The notes below the pieces were generated by a model, which was given only the letters and a program-made list of their open reading frames with translations, did no database searches and was not told the DNA's origin. This document shows, piece by piece, positions 54,293 through 62,779 of a stretch of DNA of 64,000 nt (within the stretch, counting starts at the first letter, position 1; the number at the start of each line of letters is the position of its first letter). This DNA comes from Dehalococcoidia bacterium. GTDB lineage: Bacteria; Chloroflexota; Dehalococcoidia; Lucifugimonadales; UBA1123. Position numbers and translations under genes: made by a program. The stretch lies in contig CBDANP010000006.1 of NCBI GenBank assembly GCA_965197685.1, forward strand, positions 621,655 to 685,654, read 5' to 3'.

Positions 54293-54838
54293 TCAGGCCC
54301 GATTCGCTCGAGCGGCGGCTATCGAATCCAGCCACCTGTTCGCGGCCCGGGGCGAGTGGAACCGCAGCACCTCCAGGTGCGCGTATTCGGGCAGGACGAA
54401 GGCGTTGGGCAGGGACTTTCTGCGGCTCCAGTGCGTCTTGAACGCCCACAGGAACAGGGAGTCCCTGTCGAAGAAGATGCCCCGCAGATTTTCCTTGTTG
54501 CCGTTCCAGAGTTCGGTACGCATGATGGCCCTGCCCATCGTTCTGCGAAACAGTCGCCAGAATATCAGGCCGAAAGGGTAATCCAGCCATACTATCGTGG
54601 TGGCTCTGGCCCAGATTATGTCCCGGGCGCGGCTGTAATTCCCGTCCACGACCCAGCTTTCCCCGGACAGCGCCTCGCTCAGGTTTCGTCTGAATATGTC
54701 GTCCGGCGTCTCGGTCCAGTTTGGGCCGTGGCGGTAGGCGTCCAGTTCGATGTGCGGCGCGTCCATAAGGCGCGCAAGTTTGCTCGCCAGGGTGGTCTTG
54801 CCAGCCCCTGACGTGCCTATCACCACCACCCGTTTCAT
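54293..54838 (-). CDS. P-loop NTPase, adenylate-kinase-like (topology-modulation/FlaR-like)
   Basis: MKRVVVIGTSGAGKTTLASKLARLMDAPHIELD. The start is set at the second Met. Confidence 0.75.
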   Translation of the reverse strand: MKRVVVIGTSGAGKTTLASKLARLMDAPHIELDAYRHGPNWTETPDDIFRRNLSEALSGESWVVDGNYSRARDIIWARATTIVWLDYPFGLIFWRLFRRTMGRAIMRTELWNGNKENLRGIFFDRDSLFLWAFKTHWSRRKSLPNAFVLPEYAHLEVLRFHSPRAANRWLDSIAAARANRA

Positions 54839-54974
54839 AGTTTCAATTCTGGAAGTCACCGGCGTCTCTCGAAAGGCATTGCTGCGCTCCTGGGGATATT
54901 CAGCGTGCCGAAATCATAATATACTACCGAATGAACACATGGCGCGCGAACCCTGAGCGCGCCGATTCGAGGGT

Positions 54975-55751
54975 TTGGATATGCGTCTGAAAGATAAGGT
55001 CGCTCTGGTTACGGGAGCGGGGTCCGGGATAGGCAGGGCCGTCGCGCTGCTGTTCGCGCGCGAGGGAGCCGCAATCGCGGTATCCGACATATCACTCGCC
55101 AACGCGCGGGACACAGTGAGCATGGTGGAAGAATCGGGCGGACGGGCGCTCACGTTGTCCGGCGATGTATCCAGCGGAGAGGATGCCGAGCGTATGGTGC
55201 GGGCGACGGTCGGCGAGTTCGGGCGGCTGGACATACTGGTCAACAGCGCCGGAATCAGCGCGCGAAACGCGCTTCCAGAGGGCGCGTCCCCCGAAGCTAT
55301 ATGGGACAAGGTGATGGACGTGAACCTGAAGGGGACATATCTCGTGTCATGGTACGCAGTCGCGGAGATGGATAAATCGGGCGGCGGCTCGATAATCAAC
55401 CTGGCGTCAACCATGGGGCTGGTCGGCTATCCGGTCGGACTGGGCGGCGGGTTCAATCCATATCCGCCGTCCAAGGGCGGCGTAGTGCAGTTCACCCGCA
55501 CCCTTGCCATAGACAGCGCGCGCAGGAACATCAGGGTCAACTGCCTGTGTCCCGGCTATGTCGCCACTAACCTGACCAGGGGACTAACCGAGAATCCCGA
55601 AACCATGTCAATGCTTGAAGAGCTTCACCCAATGGGCAGACTTGGCAGGCCGGAGGAGATAGCCTATGCCGCGCTCTATCTCGCCTCCGACGACGCGAGC
55701 TATGTCACCGGCGTCGCCCTGACCGTGGATGGCGGATACACGGCGCGCTGA
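54975..55751 (+). CDS. short-chain dehydrogenase/reductase (FabG-like)
   Basis: TGAGSGIGRA, NSAGI and YPPSKGGV (YxxxK). Confidence 0.9.
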   Translation: MDMRLKDKVALVTGAGSGIGRAVALLFAREGAAIAVSDISLANARDTVSMVEESGGRALTLSGDVSSGEDAERMVRATVGEFGRLDILVNSAGISARNALPEGASPEAIWDKVMDVNLKGTYLVSWYAVAEMDKSGGGSIINLASTMGLVGYPVGLGGGFNPYPPSKGGVVQFTRTLAIDSARRNIRVNCLCPGYVATNLTRGLTENPETMSMLEELHPMGRLGRPEEIAYAALYLASDDASYVTGVALTVDGGYTAR

Positions 55752-55754
55752 GCG

Positions 55755-56501
55755 TCAGCCGCGCTCGAAGAAGGTAACTCCGCTCTTCCAGACCTCGCGG
55801 GATATGCCCAATAGCGCTTTCTGGTTGGGCTGCGCCACCGGAAGGCGGCGTGACAGTATCTTCGACTCAAGCTCGCGCCGCATCGTGGGGCAGCGCTTGA
55901 CGAACCCGTTCAGCGTGCCGCGCTCTCCGCCCAGAAGCAGGTATTCCATGTCGTTCAGGTATGGGGCAAAGACCGTCCGCGTTATCTCACACGTCTTGTC
56001 GTACAGTTCGCGTATGAGACGCTCCCTGCTGCGCTCGAACCGGCGCTGGGACTGTCCACCCGCGCGGTGGCGGTTTTTCATATAGCGCGAGTCGGTCTTT
56101 GTGGCAAGCAGAGTCTCGCCTCGCAGAACGCCGACCGCGTACCTGCCCAGCCGCAGAAGCACGACGCCTATCACGGGTTCCGATCTCAGCAGACGGCGCA
56201 GTTCGTGAGTATGCGCGCCCGCGGCTCCAACGTCCACAGTCAGAGGAATCGGCGGCCTGATTACCACGATTCGATCAGTGGCAGCGAACACTGCCACCCC
56301 CGTATCTCCGTCGCGGACTCCCTCCAGGGCGTCCGCGACTGCGGAGCGTTCATCCCCTGACTCCGCCAGAAGGTACTCATAGTCCCGCTCGGCCAGTGTC
56401 CGGGCCGATATATACACACTCGAGGCGCAGTCCTGGGCTTCCAGATCGTCCAGCAGACCGAGGACGCCGTTCTTGCCAATCTGCTTTGTCGTCTTCTTCA
56501 T
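55755..56501 (-). CDS. Vms1/ANKZF1-like (acVLRF1-type) peptidyl-tRNA hydrolase homologue
   Basis: VVLLRLGRYAVGVLRGETLLATKTDSRYMKNRHRAGGQSQRRFERSRE contains the GGQ-like loop of the eRF1/VLRF1 fold, followed by LLLGGERGTLNGF. The start is set at ATG 56501 (MKKTTKQ...); the longer listed ORF has an implausible N-terminus. Confidence 0.65.
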   Translation of the reverse strand: MKKTTKQIGKNGVLGLLDDLEAQDCASSVYISARTLAERDYEYLLAESGDERSAVADALEGVRDGDTGVAVFAATDRIVVIRPPIPLTVDVGAAGAHTHELRRLLRSEPVIGVVLLRLGRYAVGVLRGETLLATKTDSRYMKNRHRAGGQSQRRFERSRERLIRELYDKTCEITRTVFAPYLNDMEYLLLGGERGTLNGFVKRCPTMRRELESKILSRRLPVAQPNQKALLGISREVWKSGVTFFERG

Positions 56502-56584
56502 ACGAACACACCGATGTGATACTCTGAGAATTCGATAACGCACTCTCGTCAGTTCCAGTGAGTCTGAGTGTATAGGGGTATGCC

Positions 56585-56863
56585 GTGAAAAAGAAGACTG
56601 AACTTGCGATAGACGAAGATCTGCTGCGGCGCGCGAAGGTTGCGGCGTCGGAAGATGGCGTAGATTTCGACAAGTTCGTTGAAAATGGCATACGCAAACA
56701 ACTTGTCGAACATTCCGCCCGAAAGGCGAAGCGAGAAGCTTGGCTAACGGACCCTGAAATTCAGGCAATGAAGCGCAGGGTAGAGGAGTACTGGGGAAAT
56801 ATATCCCTTGGTCGCGAGACGATAGAGGCTATTCTGCGTGAGGATAGCTACCTTGACGTTTAG
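56585..56863 (+). CDS. VapB-like antitoxin (ribbon-helix-helix/DUF2191-like)
   Basis: The N-terminal TELAIDEDLLRRAK is typical. It overlaps the start of the downstream PIN gene. Confidence 0.7.
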   Translation: MKKKTELAIDEDLLRRAKVAASEDGVDFDKFVENGIRKQLVEHSARKAKREAWLTDPEIQAMKRRVEEYWGNISLGRETIEAILREDSYLDV

Positions 56864-57349
56864 CGAGATCGCGCGCGGCGCCCGTTTGTACATAGACGCC
56901 AATATATTCGTCTATTATTTCGCAAGGTCATCCAATGAATGCGCCGCGCTGATTGGCAGATGTGAGCGGGGAGAGATCGAAGCCTATACTGGAACTCAGG
57001 TTCTTCTGGAGGTTGCCCATAGGCTTATGATGACTGAGGCAGTGGACAAGGGGCTTGTGACGCCCGGCAACGTTCCGGGCAAATTAAGACGCCGGCCCGA
57101 ACTTGCTTCTCAGCTTCACGATCATTCCGACGCAATCAGTATCTATTGAACATGGGCATCGAGATGTTGCAGGTTGACGCCGAGATATTGGAAATATCCG
57201 CGAACTTGCGAGCGCAAACAGGACTTCTCGTCAACGACTCCATATCTCTCGCCATGATGGAGCGCGGCGACATCCGAGCCATCGCTACCAACGACAGGGA
57301 CTTCCAGCGTATAGAAAGGCTGGAAGTCCACATTCCGACCGATCTGTGA
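56838..57349 (+). pseudogene. vapC: PIN-domain toxin (VapC-like) split by a frameshift
   Basis: The N-terminal half LYIDANIFVYYF...LLEVAHRL (ORF 56838-57149) and the C-terminal half LVNDSISLAMMERGDIRAIATNDRDFQRI (ORF 57146-57349) lie in different frames. Confidence 0.6.
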
Positions 57350-57357
57350 CCCCCCGA

Positions 57358-59355
57358 TTAAGAGGCGCCGTTTCCGTTCATCCAATAGTCGTAGCGATGG
57401 GCGGCTATCTCGGCCTCGCGCTCTACGTCCTCTTCGAGCAAGTACCCCTCTGAAACCATGTCCGATGCGGCCTGTCTCACCTGCTCCACGTAGTCATCTC
57501 TGGAGTCGTATCGCTCGTCTATCGCGGGTCTCGGATCGTCGGACGACTCCCTATCCTCCTGTGTCTTGTGGAATGGCAGCGTCCAGCCCGCCAGCCCGCC
57601 GGTGATTCCTATTACGAGGTCGGGGTTTCCGTTGTCCGGGTGGCGCAGGTTCCAGCCGGTGTTGGTAGCCAGCGGAACGCTCACGGACGGCAGCCGGATT
57701 CCGCCAACCTCGTTGCCGTCGTCGTCAACGTTGGAAACTATCGCGGGATACTCTGCGCCCTGTTCGGCGGGCAGCCTGGTAGTGCGTCCCAGGTGGGTCT
57801 CGTCGCCGTAGTCCAGGCGCATCGCCCTTGTGACCTCCGGCGGGAAGTTCACCGCCGGAATTCGCTCGAACTTCTCTCGAAGGGTGTATGACTCCACGCC
57901 CGTGCCGTTGTCCAGGCTCGGATGGCGGGAGGCGGGGGCGGGAACGCCGTCCCTGACCCAGCGGTCGAGGTTTGTCAACTGCACCCTCTGCAATGGCGAG
58001 TAGTCAACCGCGTTGTAGGGCAGTTGGCCTTTCAGACCGTCCATCTGCCGTATGGTCTCCGGCGGGAATACCCCTGACCCGTGCTGAGTGCCAGCGAAGT
58101 GATAGCGGCGGACGTTTTCGGATTCGGCGGCGTCGGTCATGGCGGATATATCGGTATGTATGAGCGCCGCGTCGCCGCGCCAGTACTCCGCCGACGTGTT
58201 GGTGAACATTATCTTGGGGACGTTTCCGCTCTCCTCCATGCGGGTGAGCAGGGAGCCGCTCGCGCCACTAACCGGATCGGTGATCTCTGTGTCGGAGAAT
58301 GGGAACAGTTCGGGGATGATGTAGCACACGTCCTTTGAGGGCTGGCCGAAGCGGAGATTGAACTCGCCGCGCATACCGCCCGCTATATGCGGGATGATGC
58401 CGTCGAGCGCCATTCGCCCCTTTTCGTCGTTGTTGAGTCCGTAGTAGATATAGGTTCTGAGGAAGCGGCCGCTCTGGGAAGCGCCAAAGGCGTGGGCGTA
58501 GTCTATCGAACCGGCGCACGGGTTGCCGTCCGACTCGGACTCGTATTTGAGGAACGACACGATGTCGCGCACCGAAGCCATGCCCAGACCCACGACGTCG
58601 GTTCCCGTGGTGGTATAGACGAGCTGGTATATCCGGCCCGGCTCGAACCCGCTTCTGAGATAGACGTGATTGAGATCAGGTTCCACCTGCTGGTCCTCGA
58701 CCCGCACGAATTGGAACTGGTCTCTCGGTATGTCGGTCGCAGGACCGTTGGGGTGGTCGCGGACAGTGAGTGTCGCTCCCGGTTCGTGGGGGTCGGTCGG
58801 GGGGTGCGGCTCGTGTATGCGGTCGGCGAGCAGGAACACGTTGGTCGGCTCGTTGCTTTGGAACTGGCACAGGATACCCCCGGTCAGTCGGCTGCCGTCC
58901 GGGTTCAATGCCTGCGGGGTTCGCAGACCTATGCGGTCCGGGTCTTCGGGAACGTCGGACTGCCAGCCGCACCAGACGACGGTGTAGCCCTCGCGCATCA
59001 GAAAGCCGTTTCCGGGATGCAGTGGCGCGCCCGGGTCCATTACCCTGGGCGAACTGTTGAAGCCGAGGATAGTCTTTCTCCCTCTGTTCACCACGTCGTA
59101 GATGATGCTGCCCCTGCCGCGCTCCGGGTCCGCGGGCTGGAGCATCTCGAAGTCTGCCGAGAACAGAACCCGGCCCTCGGAGTCGCGCGGGGCGAACTCT
59201 ATGTCGGTTACGGCCTGGTTGTTGGGGTGCAGCGGGTCAACCGAAAAGTGGGCCGTACCCTTGAGATGGTTGTAAGCCCCCACCTCGCCAAATGTTTGTC
59301 CGCCCGCAAACGGGGTGACTCTGGTTATATCGAGCTTGGTTACTGGCAAGTCCAA
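57358..59355 (-). CDS. conserved hypothetical protein (alpha/beta-hydrolase-domain-like family)
   Basis: 665 aa. The N-terminal FAGGQTFGEVGAYNHLKGTAHFSVDPLHPNNQAVTDIEFAPRDSEGRVLFSADFEMLQPADPERG...VVNRGRK matches a family I remember as annotated 'alpha/beta hydrolase domain-containing protein'. Confidence 0.6.
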   Translation of the reverse strand: MDLPVTKLDITRVTPFAGGQTFGEVGAYNHLKGTAHFSVDPLHPNNQAVTDIEFAPRDSEGRVLFSADFEMLQPADPERGRGSIIYDVVNRGRKTILGFNSSPRVMDPGAPLHPGNGFLMREGYTVVWCGWQSDVPEDPDRIGLRTPQALNPDGSRLTGGILCQFQSNEPTNVFLLADRIHEPHPPTDPHEPGATLTVRDHPNGPATDIPRDQFQFVRVEDQQVEPDLNHVYLRSGFEPGRIYQLVYTTTGTDVVGLGMASVRDIVSFLKYESESDGNPCAGSIDYAHAFGASQSGRFLRTYIYYGLNNDEKGRMALDGIIPHIAGGMRGEFNLRFGQPSKDVCYIIPELFPFSDTEITDPVSGASGSLLTRMEESGNVPKIMFTNTSAEYWRGDAALIHTDISAMTDAAESENVRRYHFAGTQHGSGVFPPETIRQMDGLKGQLPYNAVDYSPLQRVQLTNLDRWVRDGVPAPASRHPSLDNGTGVESYTLREKFERIPAVNFPPEVTRAMRLDYGDETHLGRTTRLPAEQGAEYPAIVSNVDDDGNEVGGIRLPSVSVPLATNTGWNLRHPDNGNPDLVIGITGGLAGWTLPFHKTQEDRESSDDPRPAIDERYDSRDDYVEQVRQAASDMVSEGYLLEEDVEREAEIAAHRYDYWMNGNGAS

Positions 59356-59678
59356 ATCCCCTTTCTTTGATACGGGGTGATTGTACCATCGTATGGAGGT
59401 ATTCGCATCAGGATTCGGCGGGCCGCTCCCGTCCGCGCACCCGGGTCTTTGCCAGGCCGGTCATGGGCGGGATTATCGGTTCGGGTCGAGCAGGCCAGAT
59501 ATGGACTGTTCATACGGATATTGCAGCGCATTGAAGGCATGGCTATGTGGTAGAACGAGAAACTCGGACTGGCTTTAGAAATGCGAGGCGCTGAGTATGA
59601 CGCGGTTGACGCTGCCATGATTCGCTTTCTACACTGAGAGAAAACTGTGCGGTATGTGAATTATCGAAAGGGGCGGAC

Positions 59679-60131
59679 ATGCGCGTTGTGATAGGAGCCG
59701 ACCACGGGGGATACGCTTTGAAGGACGAACTGAAGGGATACGTTGAATCCCTGGGACACCAGATTGTGGATGTGGGCGCTCACGAACTGGACCCGGCGGA
59801 CGATTTTCCTGACTTCACGAAGTCAGTGGCGGAGTCGGTCACATCCGGCGAGGCCGAGCGCGGGATTATGATATGCGGAAGCGGAGTGGGCGCGTCGGTG
59901 GCGGCCAACAAGGTCAAGGGAGTGCGCGCGAGCGTCTGCCACGATACCTACTCGGCCCATCAGGGCGTCGAGCACGACGACATGAACGTCCTGTGCATGG
60001 GAGCGCGAATCATAGGGGGCGAGCTGGCACGCGAACTGGCGAACGCCTTCTTGTCAGCGGAGTTCGTGCCGGAGGAGCGGTTCCAGCGCCGCCTCGACAA
60101 GGTGCTGGATATGGAGTCGAACTTCGGATGA
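59679..60131 (+). CDS. rpiB: ribose-5-phosphate isomerase B (RpiB/LacA/LacB family)
   Basis: MRVVIGADHGGYALK, GIMICGSGVGASVAANK and RASVCHDTYSA. Confidence 0.9.
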   Translation: MRVVIGADHGGYALKDELKGYVESLGHQIVDVGAHELDPADDFPDFTKSVAESVTSGEAERGIMICGSGVGASVAANKVKGVRASVCHDTYSAHQGVEHDDMNVLCMGARIIGGELARELANAFLSAEFVPEERFQRRLDKVLDMESNFG

Positions 60132-60140
60132 GTCCGCGGC

Positions 60141-60641
60141 TCATCCGTACTCCGCGCCGAGCAGGCAGGCGACCAGGGTCTGGTTCTTCTCCGCGTCCTC
60201 GAACGCCTCGGATATTCGGCCAACGTCGTCGTCGGTCTCCACGAGGTAGTGGCTGATGCCCCAGGCGTCGAGTATCGGCTCGGTGAATACGCCCGCCGAG
60301 TCGGTCATAGCGCCGCCTTCGCCCATCCAGCCCCTGTATCCCACCACCATGACCATGGGGATGCCGGTGTCCAGCGCCATGCCCCGGATGGAGTCGCCCG
60401 CCTCGAACATACCCGTGTTCTGAATCAGGACGACGGGCTTCTTCCCGCCAATCCACAGTCCGGCTGCGATGGGCATGGACTCACCTTCGCGGCAGATTGG
60501 CACAAGGCTCAGGTCGTCGTCCGAGATTATCTGGTTGTACATGAAGTTCGTCTCGGTGTCCGGCAGCCAGACTATGTGGGTTACGTCGTTCTTCTTGAAC
60601 TGTTCGATGATGGCGGACGGACTGAGGCTTATCTCTGCCAT
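60141..60641 (-). CDS. TPP-binding N-terminal-domain protein (sulfopyruvate/phosphonopyruvate decarboxylase alpha-subunit-like)
   Basis: VTHIVWLPDTETNFMY...REGESMPIAAGLWIGGKKPVVLIQNTG. Only the alpha-like half is present and no beta partner is adjacent. Confidence 0.65.
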   Translation of the reverse strand: MAEISLSPSAIIEQFKKNDVTHIVWLPDTETNFMYNQIISDDDLSLVPICREGESMPIAAGLWIGGKKPVVLIQNTGMFEAGDSIRGMALDTGIPMVMVVGYRGWMGEGGAMTDSAGVFTEPILDAWGISHYLVETDDDVGRISEAFEDAEKNQTLVACLLGAEYG

Positions 60642-60921
60642 GGGATGCTTCTCCACAGGGTGGGGTTGACAGCGCAATTATATGTACGCCTTACCCAGGC
60701 GGTCAATGTGCCCTGGGTGTTTCCAGGGCGATTGCATCTAAATCGCGCCCGTGAATTCGGGGGATTGGGGTTGTCTATTCCAATGCCGCAGCTTAAGGGG
60801 CAACCACTGGGGTTTGACCATACGGCGTGAAGCGTCCGCGGACATCGAGGGAAGACCCTGTGTCCGGCATTGGCGGTCTTGGGCATTGCGGGTTTTACAT
60901 GGGGAAGTCGTATGGCGGCGG

Positions 60922-61854
60922 TCAGGGGTCGTCTTCGTCTCTGGGGACTGTGGTGCAGGGGCATGGCAGGCCGGTTTCTTCACACAGACCCATTTCGCAC
61001 AGTTCCCAGTCCTCGTCGTCCCACCAATCGTTGGGGTCTTCGGGGGCCGTTTGAATCAGGTCAAGCAGGCCGTCGAACAACTCAGGGTAGGGTTCCGGAT
61101 CCAGGTTCGGGCAGCGCTTCTTGATGAATGTCTCCTTCTCTTCCCACAGCTTGCGCGCCTCGGCTCGCTGAACCTCCATGTCGTCAGACTTTTCCATGCT
61201 CCTTCGGAATATGGAGTCGTCTATGGTCTCGCCCTCTTCGCAGTGCCTCATCCGGTAGAGGCGCTCAGCTTCTTCGCGGGGCATACCGAGTGGGACACCG
61301 GCGGGTGGATATGTGAACTGCGGGGCGGCTGCGGTCTGGGCGCGGGGCGTCGGCTTGGCAGCGGGTTCGGCCTGTGTCTTGGAACGTGGCTCGGAACCGG
61401 ATTTCCTGGGACGCGGTGGCGCGAATATGGGGAAGGCGTAGCCGATGAGTTCCTTTCCGGCGGCTATTCGCAGGGAGGGGCTGAAACTCTTGAGGGCGCC
61501 TTCCATGGCTTCAAGGAGGAACTTTATCATCCTGCGTACGCCGCCTGCGAGTTTCCGCACGTATCCGGCGATTTCGCGCTGGGCGGCTGTGAGGGCGGCG
61601 TCAACCTCGTCGTCAATGACCCTGCGCTGGGCGGAGTCCCTGGTCTTGGGAACAGCGGGCTTTTTGATGGACTCGACGAACTCAATGCCTTGTTCTATGC
61701 AGAGGATGGCGAGGACACGGCCCGCCATGATCTGGTGTACGGGGGTAAAGTTGGGGAAGCGTCCGTCCATGGCGTGTTGCATGAAACGGACGATGGTTCG
61801 TCCGTTGTCTGTTTCCTCTCGGACTATGGTTTGGAGTTCTGGGTATAGGGTCAT
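60922..61854 (-). CDS. hypothetical protein with an internal N-terminal duplication, a Pro-rich linker and an acidic Cys-containing tail
   Basis: Two related segments (GRTIVRFMQHAMDGRFPNFTPVHQIMAGRVL and VRRMIKFLLEAMEGALKSFSPSLRIAAGKEL), then a PPRPRKSGSEPRSKTQAEPAAKPTP linker and a DWWDDEDWELCEMGLCEETGLPCPC tail. Confidence 0.5.
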   Translation of the reverse strand: MTLYPELQTIVREETDNGRTIVRFMQHAMDGRFPNFTPVHQIMAGRVLAILCIEQGIEFVESIKKPAVPKTRDSAQRRVIDDEVDAALTAAQREIAGYVRKLAGGVRRMIKFLLEAMEGALKSFSPSLRIAAGKELIGYAFPIFAPPRPRKSGSEPRSKTQAEPAAKPTPRAQTAAAPQFTYPPAGVPLGMPREEAERLYRMRHCEEGETIDDSIFRRSMEKSDDMEVQRAEARKLWEEKETFIKKRCPNLDPEPYPELFDGLLDLIQTAPEDPNDWWDDEDWELCEMGLCEETGLPCPCTTVPRDEDDP

Positions 61855-62192
61855 TGGTTTTTAGTCTTTAGTTCTTAGTTTCTGGTGATTAGTGGGCGTT
61901 GATACAAATGTTCTTAGAAGAGATTATAGGGGATGGTGGGAGTTGCGTCAAGGGAGAATCTGAAATAGGATTTGGGGATGTGGGGGATGGTGGTAGGCGG
62001 TGGGAGTGTCTGAGGGGGTGTCTGAGGGGGGCAATCAAGGTATTTCGGTTATAAGTTATCAGCCATTCCCTGCCCAAGCCTCTTTCGTCAGGGCAAGAGA
62101 CGCTTTCAATCAAAGGTAGAAACCTGGGAAACAGAGTGAGAGTCATGTTGAGGAGGAAAACCGAAAGACCCTGCGCTGTCGGCCCAATGCAC

Positions 62193-62222
62193 TTGCACAA
62201 TTGTTCTAAATCAGGCTATAAT
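62193..62222 (+). promoter_or_regulatory. sigma-70-like promoter candidate
   Basis: TTGCAC (62193-62198), an 18-nt spacer and TATAAT (62217-62222). It faces uvrB, about 560 nt upstream of the uvrB start. Confidence 0.3.
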
Positions 62223-62779
62223 TGCCCCATGCCTTACCAACACGAAACTCTTGAACGGACGCCGCTCCCGAAAACTGTGAACTAATGACCGACAACTATA
62301 AACTGCAATTCATATCAACCCCCAGAGGAAAAAATTAACCCCCGAATGCAGCCATATGCAGGTGGATGCAGGTGGGAAAGTCACCAGAAACCGCACCTGT
62401 TCCGCCTGTTGGGTTACCTGAACACCATAAACGGGAATATATAAAATTGTTCGGCCTCCTGAAATTTAGATGCGATTGCCCTGGGTGTTGATGATACAAT
62501 GAATATGTCAATATCTGGGTTGTGCTGATATTTCCCGTCATTCCCACGAAGCAACGTTACCCCGTACTCCGATACGGGGCTGTCCTCGTGAAAACGGGGA
62601 GCGGGAACCCCCGAAGAGGCTCGCCGCTCGGCAATCCAGAGGGGCGGAGTGTGGCTAATTTCGTGACAATTACATCTGTTTGGAGCGCTGGATTACGGCT
62701 CAAGGCCGGAATGATGGGATGAAATTTCAAATATCAACAGAATCTGATATAGGCGCTATTGCAGCCCGGAGGATCGAAA

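Noticed and set aside
61960-62031. G-rich tandem repeats as a CRISPR array or minisatellite.
   Set aside because: Only two adjacent 13-nt units are present. There are no spacers and no cas genes in the window.
62145-62288. 47-aa ORF (MLRRKTERPCAVGPMHLHNCSKSGYNCPMPYQHETLERTPLPKTVN) in the long intergenic region.
   Set aside because: It is below the ORF-track threshold, has no recognisable family and no clear RBS. It also overlaps the promoter-like element. It cannot be supported without homology or expression data.
62223-62779. SOS (LexA) box upstream of uvrB.
   Set aside because: No GAAC-N4-GTTC or CTGT-N8-ACAG palindrome was found by eye. The nearest candidates (GAACTAATGACC, CTGTGAACTAATGACC) fail in the second half-site.
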